NCBI RefSeq assembly: GCF_004010195.1 | Contig: NC_057719.1 | Coordinates: forward strand, 54,213,926 to 54,277,925 | Length of the DNA: 64,000 nucleotides | Origin: Chiloscyllium plagiosum | Lineage: Eukaryota | Reading direction: 5' to 3' | Program-made: the position numbers and the translations under genes | In this document: positions 36,763-48,209 of the stretch, in pieces | Position numbering within the stretch: position 1 is the first letter of the stretch | Layout of the letters: each line of letters opens with the position of its first letter | Notes under the pieces: generated by a model | Seen by the model: only the letters and a program-made list of their open reading frames with translations | Told to the model about the DNA's origin: nothing | Databases searched by the model: none

Positions 36763-37986
36763 GCTATGAATCTTATGATACTTAAAGTGTTCATCCAAGT
36801 GTTTTTGCTGAAAGTCTTTGTTGTCAATAAAGCAAAACTAATGTCATTTACAAAAAAAACCTTGCAAGAACTGTAACAAACACTACATTGGACAAACAGG
36901 CAGAAAGCTAGCCACCAGCATACATGAACATCAACTAGCCACAAAAAGGTATGACCCACTCTCACTAGTATCCTTACATACAGATGAGGAAGGTCACCAC
37001 TTCAACTGGGACAACGCACATCCATCTTAGGACAAGTCAAACAAAGACATGCACAAGAATTCCCAGAAGCATGGCATTCCAACCAGAACTCTATCAACAA
37101 ACATATTGACTTGGATCCCATTTACCACCCACTGAGATAAAGAACAGGAACTGACATCGCCATAGGAAATGGTGTCACCACAGGAAATGACATCACCAAC
37201 CCAAGGAAACCCAAGCACATAAATAGAAAGTGGGCTACACCACCAGTGCTTCACCTGGAGGCTCACTGAAGATGTTACCTAGTATGGTGACAAAGCATCT
37301 AAAAATGATCCTTCCAGCTCAGTGAGCAAACCTACATCCAGAAAAAACACCACTTTTTTAATTCTAAAAGTGAATATTAAAAATTAACCATTTACAACTC
37401 CACTCCCCTTCGTTCTTTTAACTGCTTACTATCTGCCTCCAACTGTAAAACAATATGCTGTTTCAATAAGACACTTATCAAAATTACATCAACTTATTTT
37501 CAAAACCACACAGTCGCTGTGTTCTTCTGTGTCTTCACACCCTGGATCATCATCTTTCTTTTTACTGTGAGTATGTTTCATATGAAAAGGTAGCTTTGAT
37601 AGAGAGTATTTTTCTAATTTTTTGAGGACAAAATGTTAGATGGGCAAGTAGATCTCCATGAGTTTCTGTTTCTACAGCAGTTGCTCACTGATCAATTTTC
37701 AAATTGTCTGCCTTTTATACACGTCCTTCCCGAACATTTGTTCAATGTTGGCAAAATAATAAATTCAAATTCGATTAGATTTTTAGTATCTTAGGGCATA
37801 ATTTAAAATGATTGGTTAGATTCGAATTGTTATCAAAACTCAGGTATCCATTTCACACCCAAATGTTACATATTTCCAATTTCCAAACTCTAGGACTGTC
37901 AGATACAAAAATATTTGTAAGCTCTCAGTTTAGAACAGCATTCTCTCTCTCTTAAAGGTACAGTACATGTCTTCGACTTCATAACA
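36763..37986. mobile_element. Solo LTR-like element interrupted by Penelope
   Basis: Ends CTTCATAACA, starts near CTATGAA; separates two parts of the Gmr1-like RT. Confidence 0.45.
36831..37345 (+). mobile_element. Penelope-like element 3' end: GIY-YIG endonuclease and pLTR
   Basis: NVIYK..CKNCNKHYIGQTGRKLATSIHEH...EAWHS...SINKHIDLDPIY; decayed hammerhead CTGAAGA-T-GTTACC-TAGTAT-GGTGAC-AAAGCATC at 37266-37299. Confidence 0.9.
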
Positions 37987-38345
37987 TTTGGTTAGCAATG
38001 CAAACTACCAATATCCTTTTTAGCAGTTCAATTTTGGTGATGACTCATGCATGTCCAATTCATTCAATATAGCCTGCAAATCTGGGAATAGGATTTGAGT
38101 CTATTTTGCTACCCTTTCGCGATAATCAGTACTGAATCTTTGTGACACATCGGTTTTGGCACCTTCATGATAGGTCAGTTTAACTACAATGACTCAATTC
38201 AATGATATCATTCTCCACCATGAACTTAAGCTCTCCTCTCACCTGAGTGAATTTCTCTGGACTGAGTCTGTAAGGATGTGTTTTATCAGTAACACATCTC
38301 CAAAATGAATATCATGAACAGCCAAAAAAAACTTCACACAAATCG

Positions 38346-38448
38346 TTAATGATTTATCTTTCAGAAAATTATTGACGACTTACAAAGAATCATAAACTTA
38401 ATGATTTATCTTTCAGAAAATTATTGACGACTTACAAAGAATCATAAA
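38346..38448. repeat. Perfect 52-bp-period tandem duplication
   Basis: 38346-38396 is identical to 38398-38448. Confidence 0.95.
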
Positions 38449-38650
38449 GTTTTCTACCGCTTAAGCCACATCATCCAATCCAGTCATTTTATCCAATCTG
38501 ATTATTGGAGGATCAACTTTTCAATTTCTGATTCAATTTGCAATTGTTCTGATATTATTATTTCACTCCCTACATTTTTCACTACAACACACAGACTTTC
38601 CCCTGTCTATCATACCATTTCTTTAACATGCTAACATGGTTCTTACTTGC

Positions 38651-38966
38651 ATAAAATCCCTACAATGTGGAAACAGAACCCTCAGCCCATCAAATCTGCA
38701 CTGACCCTCCAACGAGCATCCCACTGAGACCCAGCCATATTGCTGCATCCACAGCTAATCCACTATCCTGCACATCCCTGGATACTATGGTCAATTTAGC
38801 TTGGCAATCCATCTAATTAACAGATCTTTGGATTATGGGAGGAAACTAAAGCACCATGAAACCCATGCAGAAAATCCACACAAACAGTCACCCGAAGCTG
38901 GAATTGAACCTGGGCCCCTGGTGCTGTGAGGCAGCAGTGCTAACCACTGAACCATCGTGCTGCCCC
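38651..38966 (-). mobile_element. HE1-like SINE
   Basis: Homologous to 18631-18940; A and B boxes on minus. Confidence 0.85.
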
Positions 38967-40289
38967 AAACTTCTCTCCATTCTCTAAAAGTTGTACCTAT
39001 TCCATCCACAGATTTTCCATTCCACTAATTTCTTTATGGATTTCTGTATGGCTACTTTCCCACTTGTATTTATCTATGTATGATAATGTAGGTGTCTGAC
39101 AGAAATGCTGCTTCTTTGTTCTTTAATACGTTTCACTCATCTAAAGGAATTTTAAGCTGGCATGAATATTATTTCTGAACTTTTCCATGATCATAATTTC
39201 CATTACATTCTCAAATATTTTCTCGAGCTTTAATGATCGTAACCACTCATCCCCCAATATTTATTTTTCCCTTGCAAATTTGACAAGAGACGTCCACAGT
39301 CATAGTTTACATACCAAAACACTCTATAACATTAAGATCCAAACATCTTTTGGCCAATATATCAATCAACTACTTTGGCAAGTGATGGAAAATATTGTTT
39401 TGACTCCGTCCCCAGCAAAATCAGGCACTAAGCATAGGTTCTTAATTGAATCAAATTCCTCATTGGAATCAAAATAATCCTCCAATTATTTCCTCCTCCT
39501 TGCTTTTTACCTTAACTTTTCTTTGACCAAATCATATTGTCTAATCTCCCTGGTTCTTTGCAGTTTAAGCTTATTAAATTCTATCTTTTTATGCTTTTCT
39601 CTATCTTCACTCTCCATTATCTTCTATTTTGCTCTCTACTCTAATTCAAGTCTTTTCATTTTTTTTTCCCCTTGTCATGTTCCTTTGTGGTGCATTTCTA
39701 ACTGCACATTTGTGAATTCCACCTGAGACTTGTAAATTCCAGGTTTCATTTCTTCCACTTCTAAGTGTTAGATAATCACTCGAAGCATGTTATCCTTGCT
39801 GCTTTTAGTGCTACCTCCAATTCATGTACTAACTCTCTGAGTTCAGCTTTAGTCAAGGATTTTAAATAATCCATTGTCATATCTTCCAATTCCAGAAAGC
39901 TCTTAATGACATCAAAGCCATCTTTAAAATCCATGCAGTAAGCCTCCCCGCACACAGCTGTTTTATGTCACCCTGTACCCATTTCTTTAAAAAGTGAACA
40001 ACAGATCCTTTGTAAATCCAGTGAATTCACATTCCACAAAAGCCTCCCTTGCCCTCACATACACACACAATACAGAGACTTGTTCAAATATTTTGGCACA
40101 ATGATAGTGTCCCTACCCTAAGCTTGGAAGACCAGATTTCAAGTACTACCTGCTCCAAAGGTGTATCATAACATGTCGGCAAATGCAGATTACAAATATC
40201 AAGAGTTTTGTTCTGGATTTTCTTTTTTGTCCGTGACCTTTTTAATGGAAAAATAAAGCGTTGGTATAGTTTTAAAGAATGTCTATGAA

Positions 40290-42400
40290 CAGGGATGTCG
40301 ATCTGTCAGTCAGCTACACCTAAATGTAAAGGCAGGTTGTTTACCAAGTTCATAACTTATATCAACATCCTAGATGATGACAAAACTCAGATGAACATGC
40401 GTCTGGAGATTTTTGTCTTTGACTGGCTTCTCAAAATTGCATACGCATTTCAATCCAGACATTATCAAAGTAATCAAAGATTTCCATCAAGCTCAGGGAT
40501 TTAGTTCCATCAAGGTTTGCAACAACAGAAGTGTTTCATGCAGATGTACTTAAAATTCCCGCTGAGCTGCAGCAATGCCTTCATGCTCTGATTGTCCAAC
40601 ATTCAAAGATCTGGTTCCAGAAAACAGAATTACAGGATGGATCATAGCTGGAAAGGGACGACCCTTTCAAATATTGCTCAACATTCATGAGGAATCACTG
40701 AGAAAGCTTTCAAAAGATTAAATAAATGCTTCAGATGCCAAAACAGGTCTTCAATGCTCAAATAACAGTGGCATGCTATGCCTGACAGCATTCCACAGCA
40801 GGGGTGATTGTAGCTGGAAAGAAACAAAAGGGTTTATTCCTGTTTTAGATGACAAGAACAAAAAGGAGGAGAACTATGAGTAATATGCGAGTGGGGAACC
40901 TATCAGCTATCTTGCACCTTTGGGATATCTGTGATGACTGGTGACAAACAGAAAACATGAACAAGTGACATTTTCCATCCTGGTCCTTTCACCACCACAA
41001 GAAACACTCACAAAATGGTCCTTCATGCATCTAATGTTTATCCATCCAATGGCTGACATTCATCATGATATCATGCCATCAAATATTGATATTCACCATG
41101 AAGCAAGTGAAAGAGTAGTACTCATTACTACATTTTGCGCATTTTATGTAAACAGGCAATGTAATAATATATTTTTTGACAAACACCCATTATGTATGCC
41201 TTTGATGAATTATTACTTCTTCAGCTCATGCTTCTGATTGCTTTTACATCCTTCATAGCTTCAGCAAAGGGAAAGTCAGGCTGCACTGACCCCTTATTTC
41301 ATTGAAGGATAATGTTTCTAATCTAAACCTTAGATGTTTTTGGAGTGCCTGAGGGTCTAACCTATGCAAGAGCATTCGCAACCTTTGGAGATGAGGCAGT
41401 ATGTAGAGTTCTTACTGACCAGCGCCACATCATGCTATCACCTTATCGCTGGCAAGCATAGTGAAGACTGATTATGCATTGCAAGTCCACAGATAGTGTA
41501 TCAGTCATATCCACTAACTCTTGGTTTATGTATCAAGGCCCTGGGAGACAAACAAAGCTGATAGCAATTAGTCTTGGAAAAAATAACAATCTTGACAATC
41601 ACCTTCTCACAGTTCACTCATTGGTAAAATGAATTCAGCATATGTGTGCCAGAGCTATGTTTAGTACTGACACCAGCCATCTGTGAAGTCTCTGTCTTTC
41701 CATCTCCAATTGGCAGGAATGCAGATGTGTCCCTTTCCCTATGGACACATCCTCTGCACCTGTCATGACACAATTTGTGACAGACTACTTCCAGAACTCC
41801 CCCTCCCCCTTGGATTCTTCACTCTTTTCTATGAAGAAAGAAAGAAGAAGACTGGCAGTTATTTTTATTTGTTTGTTTGTGAAGTAGATATAGTTTGAAT
41901 CTGCTGTTAGCAATCCACTCAGTAACTTCGACTGGCACAGGATGATTGGTTGTGATTCCACAAAGAGTGGACCTCTCAGAGCAAGAGTAAAGTTTGTGGG
42001 CGATGGTTTGATTGTGGAGGCCACAATCACAATTTAAGTGAATCTCCATACTCAACTTTGGAGTTACTGAAAGACAGGCATTCAGCCTTTTGATGGCATG
42101 ATAAGACAGATGGCATCAAATCACGCAAGGTTTGGAATGAGTGGCAGTGATGGATAGTTACAGGGGGACATGATGAAGTACACAGAAAGTGAGGGTTGAT
42201 TGTTGGTGATTGAGAATGCTTGGCAAAACAGAGTGGGGGAAGGGGCCTTCGTGATTATGAATCAACAAATGTACTAATTTTTTCTGACCTGGTTAACTCA
42301 TTAAACTGCTTCCTACACTGTATCCAAGAGAGGAGTATGATGTTCTTGCTGCCACCTCCTCAGTTATCTCCAACAGAGACTTCTCAGTAACAGATTTCTT
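40290..42400. mobile_element. PIF/Harbinger relic: transposase (+, ~40480-40740) and convergent Myb/SANT (-, ~42270-42370)
   Basis: GWIIAGKG.PFQ resembles the HARBI1-family GW..GDKGYPL motif; minus-strand WIQCRKQFNELTR resembles the Myb/SANT at 30650. Confidence 0.5.
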
Positions 42401-45400
42401 CATTCAGTTGTCACTGTTATGATCAGTACCCAAATTTATTACAGTTCCAGATGAAATGTCCCAAACTATTAAGCTCACTATCTCTATTTACCCATGCCTC
42501 ACTGGCAATAATAAAGTTAATGTTTAAAATGATCTCTTCCCTCAGACCAAATGGATTATTTTTAAAAAGATTTTTTTAAAAAAGAAGCCAATTTAACCAG
42601 GCTTTTTGAGATACTGAAGAAGTATGTTTCTTAATAATTAAACTTGAGAAGAAATAATGACACAACACGTATGCATATGGATTAGAAATGAGAGAAGAAT
42701 TAGAAAAAAAGATATATGGCTTAGTCTCCATGAAGAGTTAATGAAGTCTTTTTGACTAGTACATTGGGTAATACCACTAGCACTGACCTTGGTAGCTGAA
42801 CAACTGATCAATATGTTTGACTTTGCAGGTCAGCTGAAAAGACCTTTGTTTCCTTTCAAGAATGATTTCACTTGTTTTCTGGCTTCCAGCAAAGAGAGAT
42901 ATTGTTCATTTTCCCTACCATGCAGGGATGACAAGGATTGTCTCAATTGTAAACCTCACTGCACACCTTCACTTATTAGCACACAGCAGGTTGAAATAGT
43001 TACATCTTTCTGAGCCTCAGCTCTCTGGCTTTCCATTACCTCCATCTCCCCCAACTCCTTAAGTGAAGGAAAGTCAGTGCAACATGGGAATTTAGCTGGC
43101 CAAACACTTGGAATGAAGTGTGGTCTGTCAACAAATGGCAAGAAAGAGATGTTTGCTTTCCTTTTGAGAATTTGCTCATGTCAAACTAGCCTTTGGACAT
43201 TTTTAGATTAATCCTATCCTATAGACACCTCAAGTGTCGTGATGCCCAGCCTATGTGGTCCCATGACTGCTTATCTGCTTCATTATTCCACCCTGATTAA
43301 GCAATTTAAGCATTATGGTGCATCCCATGCTTATGGCACTTAGCTCATTTTGACTTGAGATGGCCTTCATTAACCCCTGTGACATCAATCAGTGAAAGTA
43401 AGGGCTGAGTGTGAGGTGGGGAGGGAGATCTGTGAGACAGGAAGTGGAGGTGGGGAGAGAACTGTGGGTGTAGAATGGAGACCTGGGAGATGGTATGAGG
43501 TGAATGCCTGTCAGAGCAGGAATATAACCGTTGGATTGGGCATTGACGCTTCAGAGCTTGGAACCCCAAAAGTAACTTCACTTGGGTTCCTGATCCCACT
43601 TATGGAAACTCTGGAAAATCCTAGCACTGCCCCCTCTCCCACTCACCCCAACTCTGCTGGCACATCCCTACACTCACCAACAACAATGTTCTTCAGTCTC
43701 CATTGCCCTTCAGCTCAGAGTTCAAAGGATTATGAGATCTAGTTGAGTTTTGTCACTATGAGCTTGTTAATCACTATGTTGCAGTGAATGCTTCATTTTG
43801 GTGTTAAGTGCTTTGCTTGAATGCTCATTCCATTTTTATTGGTTTCTTTTTCAGGTGTTTAACCTGTGTAGGAGCATGTGCAAGCTGAACTCACACCCCT
43901 CCCATTTCTAATGTATCCTCTTTGCAAGGCACTCTTTTTACCAGGCTGAACCGTATAATGGTTCATGTGCATTTTTCTTTTAATTCCTCATCCTTCAACG
44001 GTTGCCCTCTAACTAATTTGAATGGAAAGTCTGCAGTGATGAATAATTGAACCCAGACTGCTCTCTGTATAGATCCCCAACTGATGATCCTTAAATCCTG
44101 CTTGCAGTGGACATGCCGGTTTGTGGGTGGTCTACACACCAGATAGTAGTGAGATGGAGTCCCTGACCCTGATTTCCCCAAGTAAATGACTGACTATTCC
44201 TAAGCTGTGAGCAGACACTGCCCTTTACCCACTGTACCAGGACCTTGGCTTGACTAAGAATTACTCCCCTCAGACTTTGAGAGATAGCCAATTGGCTGAA
44301 AGGCATGTGGTGTCTTGGCCACATAGCCTTTGCCATAGCCACCTCTCATGGTGACACTTGGGAAAAGATAGGACAGTAGATCCTGAACGCAAGCTTGCCC
44401 TTGATGGTGGCAGAAGATCTGCCTCAAGCTTTTTAAAATGGTCAGAAAATGATTGCAGGGCAAACCAGCCAAGGGAAGGCTAGCTCACCACAATTTTTAA
44501 AATGCTAGCCAGGGATCCAGTCCACATAAGATTCAGCCCTATGGCTGTCAGATAGCATTAAGATGATGAAGCACTTGACAGTAACTGGAGTTATTCATGA
44601 CCATTCAGCTCAATGCCTAAAAGGCAGATTCTACTTACCCTTACAAAACTCTTTGAAAAGTGAACAAAACAAGCCTATAAAATTCACATAGTGGGTGTTG
44701 TTTAAAAAGGATTTTAAAAAGGATTTGATAAGGTCCCACACAAAAAGAAAACTGCTTATGGCAAAAGAGGAACTATAAAATAATAAGTATGTGGCCTCAT
44801 GAAATGCAGTTGATCAGTAGAAAGCAAAAGGTTATGGTAAAAAGAACATTTTCTGATCTGCACCAGGATTGCTGTCATTTATTTTGATTGTAAGCATAAC
44901 TTAAGAATTGAAGAAATAATATCAAGAGTTACTGACACTAAATAAAGAAAATATGGTGAATTGTAATACAATTTGTGAAAGGTAGGAAGCTGTACATAGG
45001 CAAAATGGACGGATAGGTATCATATGGCATTCAGTACTTTTATTCTAGTAAGAACTGTCAAAAGAAGTATACTTTAAAAAACAACATTTGTCTGCATTCT
45101 AACATTCCAGCGTTCCTGTGGCACCTGTCTGCTCCCTGGTTTACCAGGCAAATGATGAAGATGAAGATGAAGATCTTTTGGTAGAATCTTGTTAAGGTAG
45201 CAGGAGTCTTGCCTGGTAGCTGTCAGCCCAAATGGTTTTTTCCAGGGAAGGCCCACTGAGTCACACACCAATCAGGCAGTGGTGAGGTCATTGGCAAGCC
45301 TTCCCACGGGATGAAGCCCATCCAGCTCTCGCAGCTCTCATACTCAATAGGACTAGTAAAGAGGTTGCTGGAAAAGTGCTCCTGGAGTCCCAGGATTGTG

Positions 45401-45832
45401 GAAGACTTTGAGGATGGGGGGGAATAAGTGATGGTGCGACATGTGGCTGGTTCCTGGGCAGGAATTGTAAGGGATAAGAGCAAGGGGGTTGAAGATAAGG
45501 GCAAGGCACTGACTGGTCCCTGGATCAAAAGCAATTTCCCACATTGCACATCAAGTGACATGCTGCTGTCATGAACAACTCATGACGAGAGTAGTGGGCT
45601 GATGTTCTTATATAGTCCTTAATTGACTACTTAAGGTTTTCAATTCTTGGCAAGGCAGGAAGTCTGACCATGGATTTTCCCATAGGGAACACAACTCTAA
45701 TGGGCTCAGGTAGGTGGCAGGGTTTGGATAAAGCACAACGCTCCATTGTTAAATGCTCCTCCCTGCCTCTAAATTAGCCCCCCAGCTGCAGAAGGTTCTG
45801 CCCTATGTTTAGCTATTGCTGGTATTGCAGCT

Positions 45833-46793
45833 AGATGGCGACAATAGTAGGATGCTTCAGCCGGAGCTCATCTGCTTTGCCAGTTCCTTTCTCTTTTTTG
45901 TTTCTTTTCTTCTTTTTTTCTGCAGTTTTTCATTCCCTACCCCTCAACTTTTAACTTCCAACTTCTTAAATTTACAGAGAGGGAATGGAGAACGGAGAAG
46001 GTGAGTCCAAGTCCAGGCTGGAGTGGGAGGTGAATCCAAGTCCAGGCTGGAGTGGAAGCTGAGCCCGAGAGCAGGTCAGTGTAGAAGGCCAGTTCCAGAG
46101 GCAAATCCTGGAGGAGCGTCCCAGGCCGGAGGTCAGCGCAAGGAGGCAGTGAGGCCTTGCATTCTGAAGCCTGGTGGGTACGGACTCAATGAAAATGATT
46201 GTAATTTGAGCACTTTTCCAAAGAAACGTTTTATTCTTTTACTGGACTTTGAGTAATTTGAGCCAAGAGTGTGGTGCTGGAAAAGCACAGCAAGTCAGTC
46301 AACATCCAAGGAGCTTCATCTTCTGCCCTGGGACCCTCCAACTCCAGGACATCAAAATGGGCTTCACCAGTTTCCTCATTTCCCCTCCCCCACTTTATCC
46401 CAGTTCCAACGTTCCAGCTCAGCAACGTCCTCATGACCCGTCCCTCTGTCCATCTTCCTTCCCACCTATCCACTCCACCCTGCCCTCTCCTGTCCGAAAC
46501 ATTGATTTTTCTGCTCCTCGGATGCTACCTGACCTGCTGTGCTTTGTCAATACCACACGCTTGGTTCTAATTTCCAACATCTGCAGTACTCACTTTTGCC
46601 AATTTGAGTACTTTTTAAAAACTTTGTATTCCTATGCCAGACTTTTTTTATTCTGTCAATTCTGTAACAAACACTGAACTATCTGTACGCAGTATTCCTG
46701 TCCCTAAGAAGGCATCAAAGCAGCGGCATTACAAGCTTTTCATTGCATTTGCGGTCACATGACAATAAAGGCAATTCAATTCAATTCAATTCA
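45833..46793 (+). mobile_element. Unclassified non-autonomous retroelement-like sequence with (AATTC)n tail
   Basis: Starts near GATGGCG, has internal GAGTCCAAGTCCAGGCTGGAGTGG repeats, ends AATAAAGGC(AATTC)4. Confidence 0.35.
46263..46600 (+). mobile_element. Penelope-derived insertion: inverted pLTR arm, GIY-YIG C-terminus, pLTR
   Basis: Left arm 46263-46314 is inverted relative to 46513-46564; FIFCPGTLQLQDIKMGFTSF follows; TSD AATTTGAG (46255-46262 / 46601-46608). Confidence 0.8.
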
Positions 46794-48209
46794 GATACCA
46801 GGTGATCTCAACTATCCATTTCTCTATGACTTCCATAACTTACGGTCCTCATCACATTTTCGCTGGGAACAGACAATTCTCTTTTGATAGAATCACAAAG
46901 ATAAGCATCTCAACTATGCTAGCATTCAGTGCTTGATCGAATATAAAGATGCTCTTTTCCCTACCATACACAAACAGAAATATTTTTGTCGCACAATTTG
47001 AGTTTCAAAGCATTTACCACTATTATATGCAGTCCATTTATTACCACAATTAATGATCATTCTTAAAAACCATTTCAATCCCAGATATTAGTGTCGTGTG
47101 AAAGATTGTTTGATCACTTGTCATTACAAGGGAACACCCTCAAGTTGTAAACAGAACTTCAAAGAGTCATCGATACAAAGTCCTGCTCTGCAGAAATAAA
47201 ACTTCTTTCCATTATTAAGTTCTATTAAGCTATGATTTGACAGAAAATCAATTATGGTATTTTGCCAACCATTTTTCAATTCTGAGTTCACAGGAAAAGC
47301 TATTTCCTTACTACAGGTATACACACTAGCACTTTGTGTGTGTTTTTCATGTGTAATATTAACATGTTCTGTGTCTTCAATGTGTTCGGTAAAGTACTGA
47401 ATTTGTGTTTCAAATGAAGATACTTTGCATACAATTACCTAACTTGTAGATTGTCTCCTTCCCAGGTACGTAAAAATTTCACTTCAGTTGAAAAACAAGC
47501 TACCATCTCTCCAAATTCCAGGATGGAAAACAACAGATGCAAATGTATTTAAAAAAGCAGGAACATACATTGTATAGAAATCTTTCACTGGCGCTACCCA
47601 ACTGGATTTCTAAACAATATATTTGTCATTATCTTTGAAATGCATTTCAATCGTTACGCTCTACTCTTCTCTGGCAACCACTTTGTTAATTCAACTCTGC
47701 TTCAAGAAACACATGCAATAAGAGATCCACTTCTTCTTAGGGTGTCCCTAAGGATCAAGGATGCCTTAGTAGCACTCTGATTCAGTGGGTTCTGAGATGA
47801 CGGATAAGTTCAATGCTCAATCTGATACTTGTAGGTACCTCAAAGGTTGGGCAGATGAGGTATTTGGAGGTTTATGGCTTTTGCCAACATCATAAATTCA
47901 CCTTTACACATTCCTGACAAAGACTCTTGAAGGATTTGGTCCCTTCCCAAATAATTCTCCATTTGTATTGGGCAGAACTTTCAATAGTTAGCAGGGATGT
48001 TTGAACTCCTCAGGGATGCTTTATGATCATTCCCAAAGTGTGTCTGCTGACTTTGTGCAACTAAGTTCCAAATGTAATAGTTGTTTCAGGGCAAATGACC
48101 AGTGGAGCTGACATTGAGAGCCTTGATGCAGATCATGTTAGCTTTGGGGAGGAGGCCTCTGCTGGACTGCCTTTCTTGCCACGAGATTTGGAGGATCATT
48201 TGAAATTAC

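Larger units (their letters stand above)
36490..39922 (-). mobile_element. Gmr1-like Gypsy relic (gag/SCAN-like, IN, RT order), deleted and interrupted
   Basis: Gag 39922-39075 (FDSIKNLCLVPDF, WPKDVWILML, IMEKFRN, AAFLSD); IN C-terminal HVSMLKKWYDR ~38600-38630; RT HPYRLSPEK..PIPR..ITKIELLKGYW 38320-38000; RT end AKITYLYHT ~36560-36590. Confidence 0.75.
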
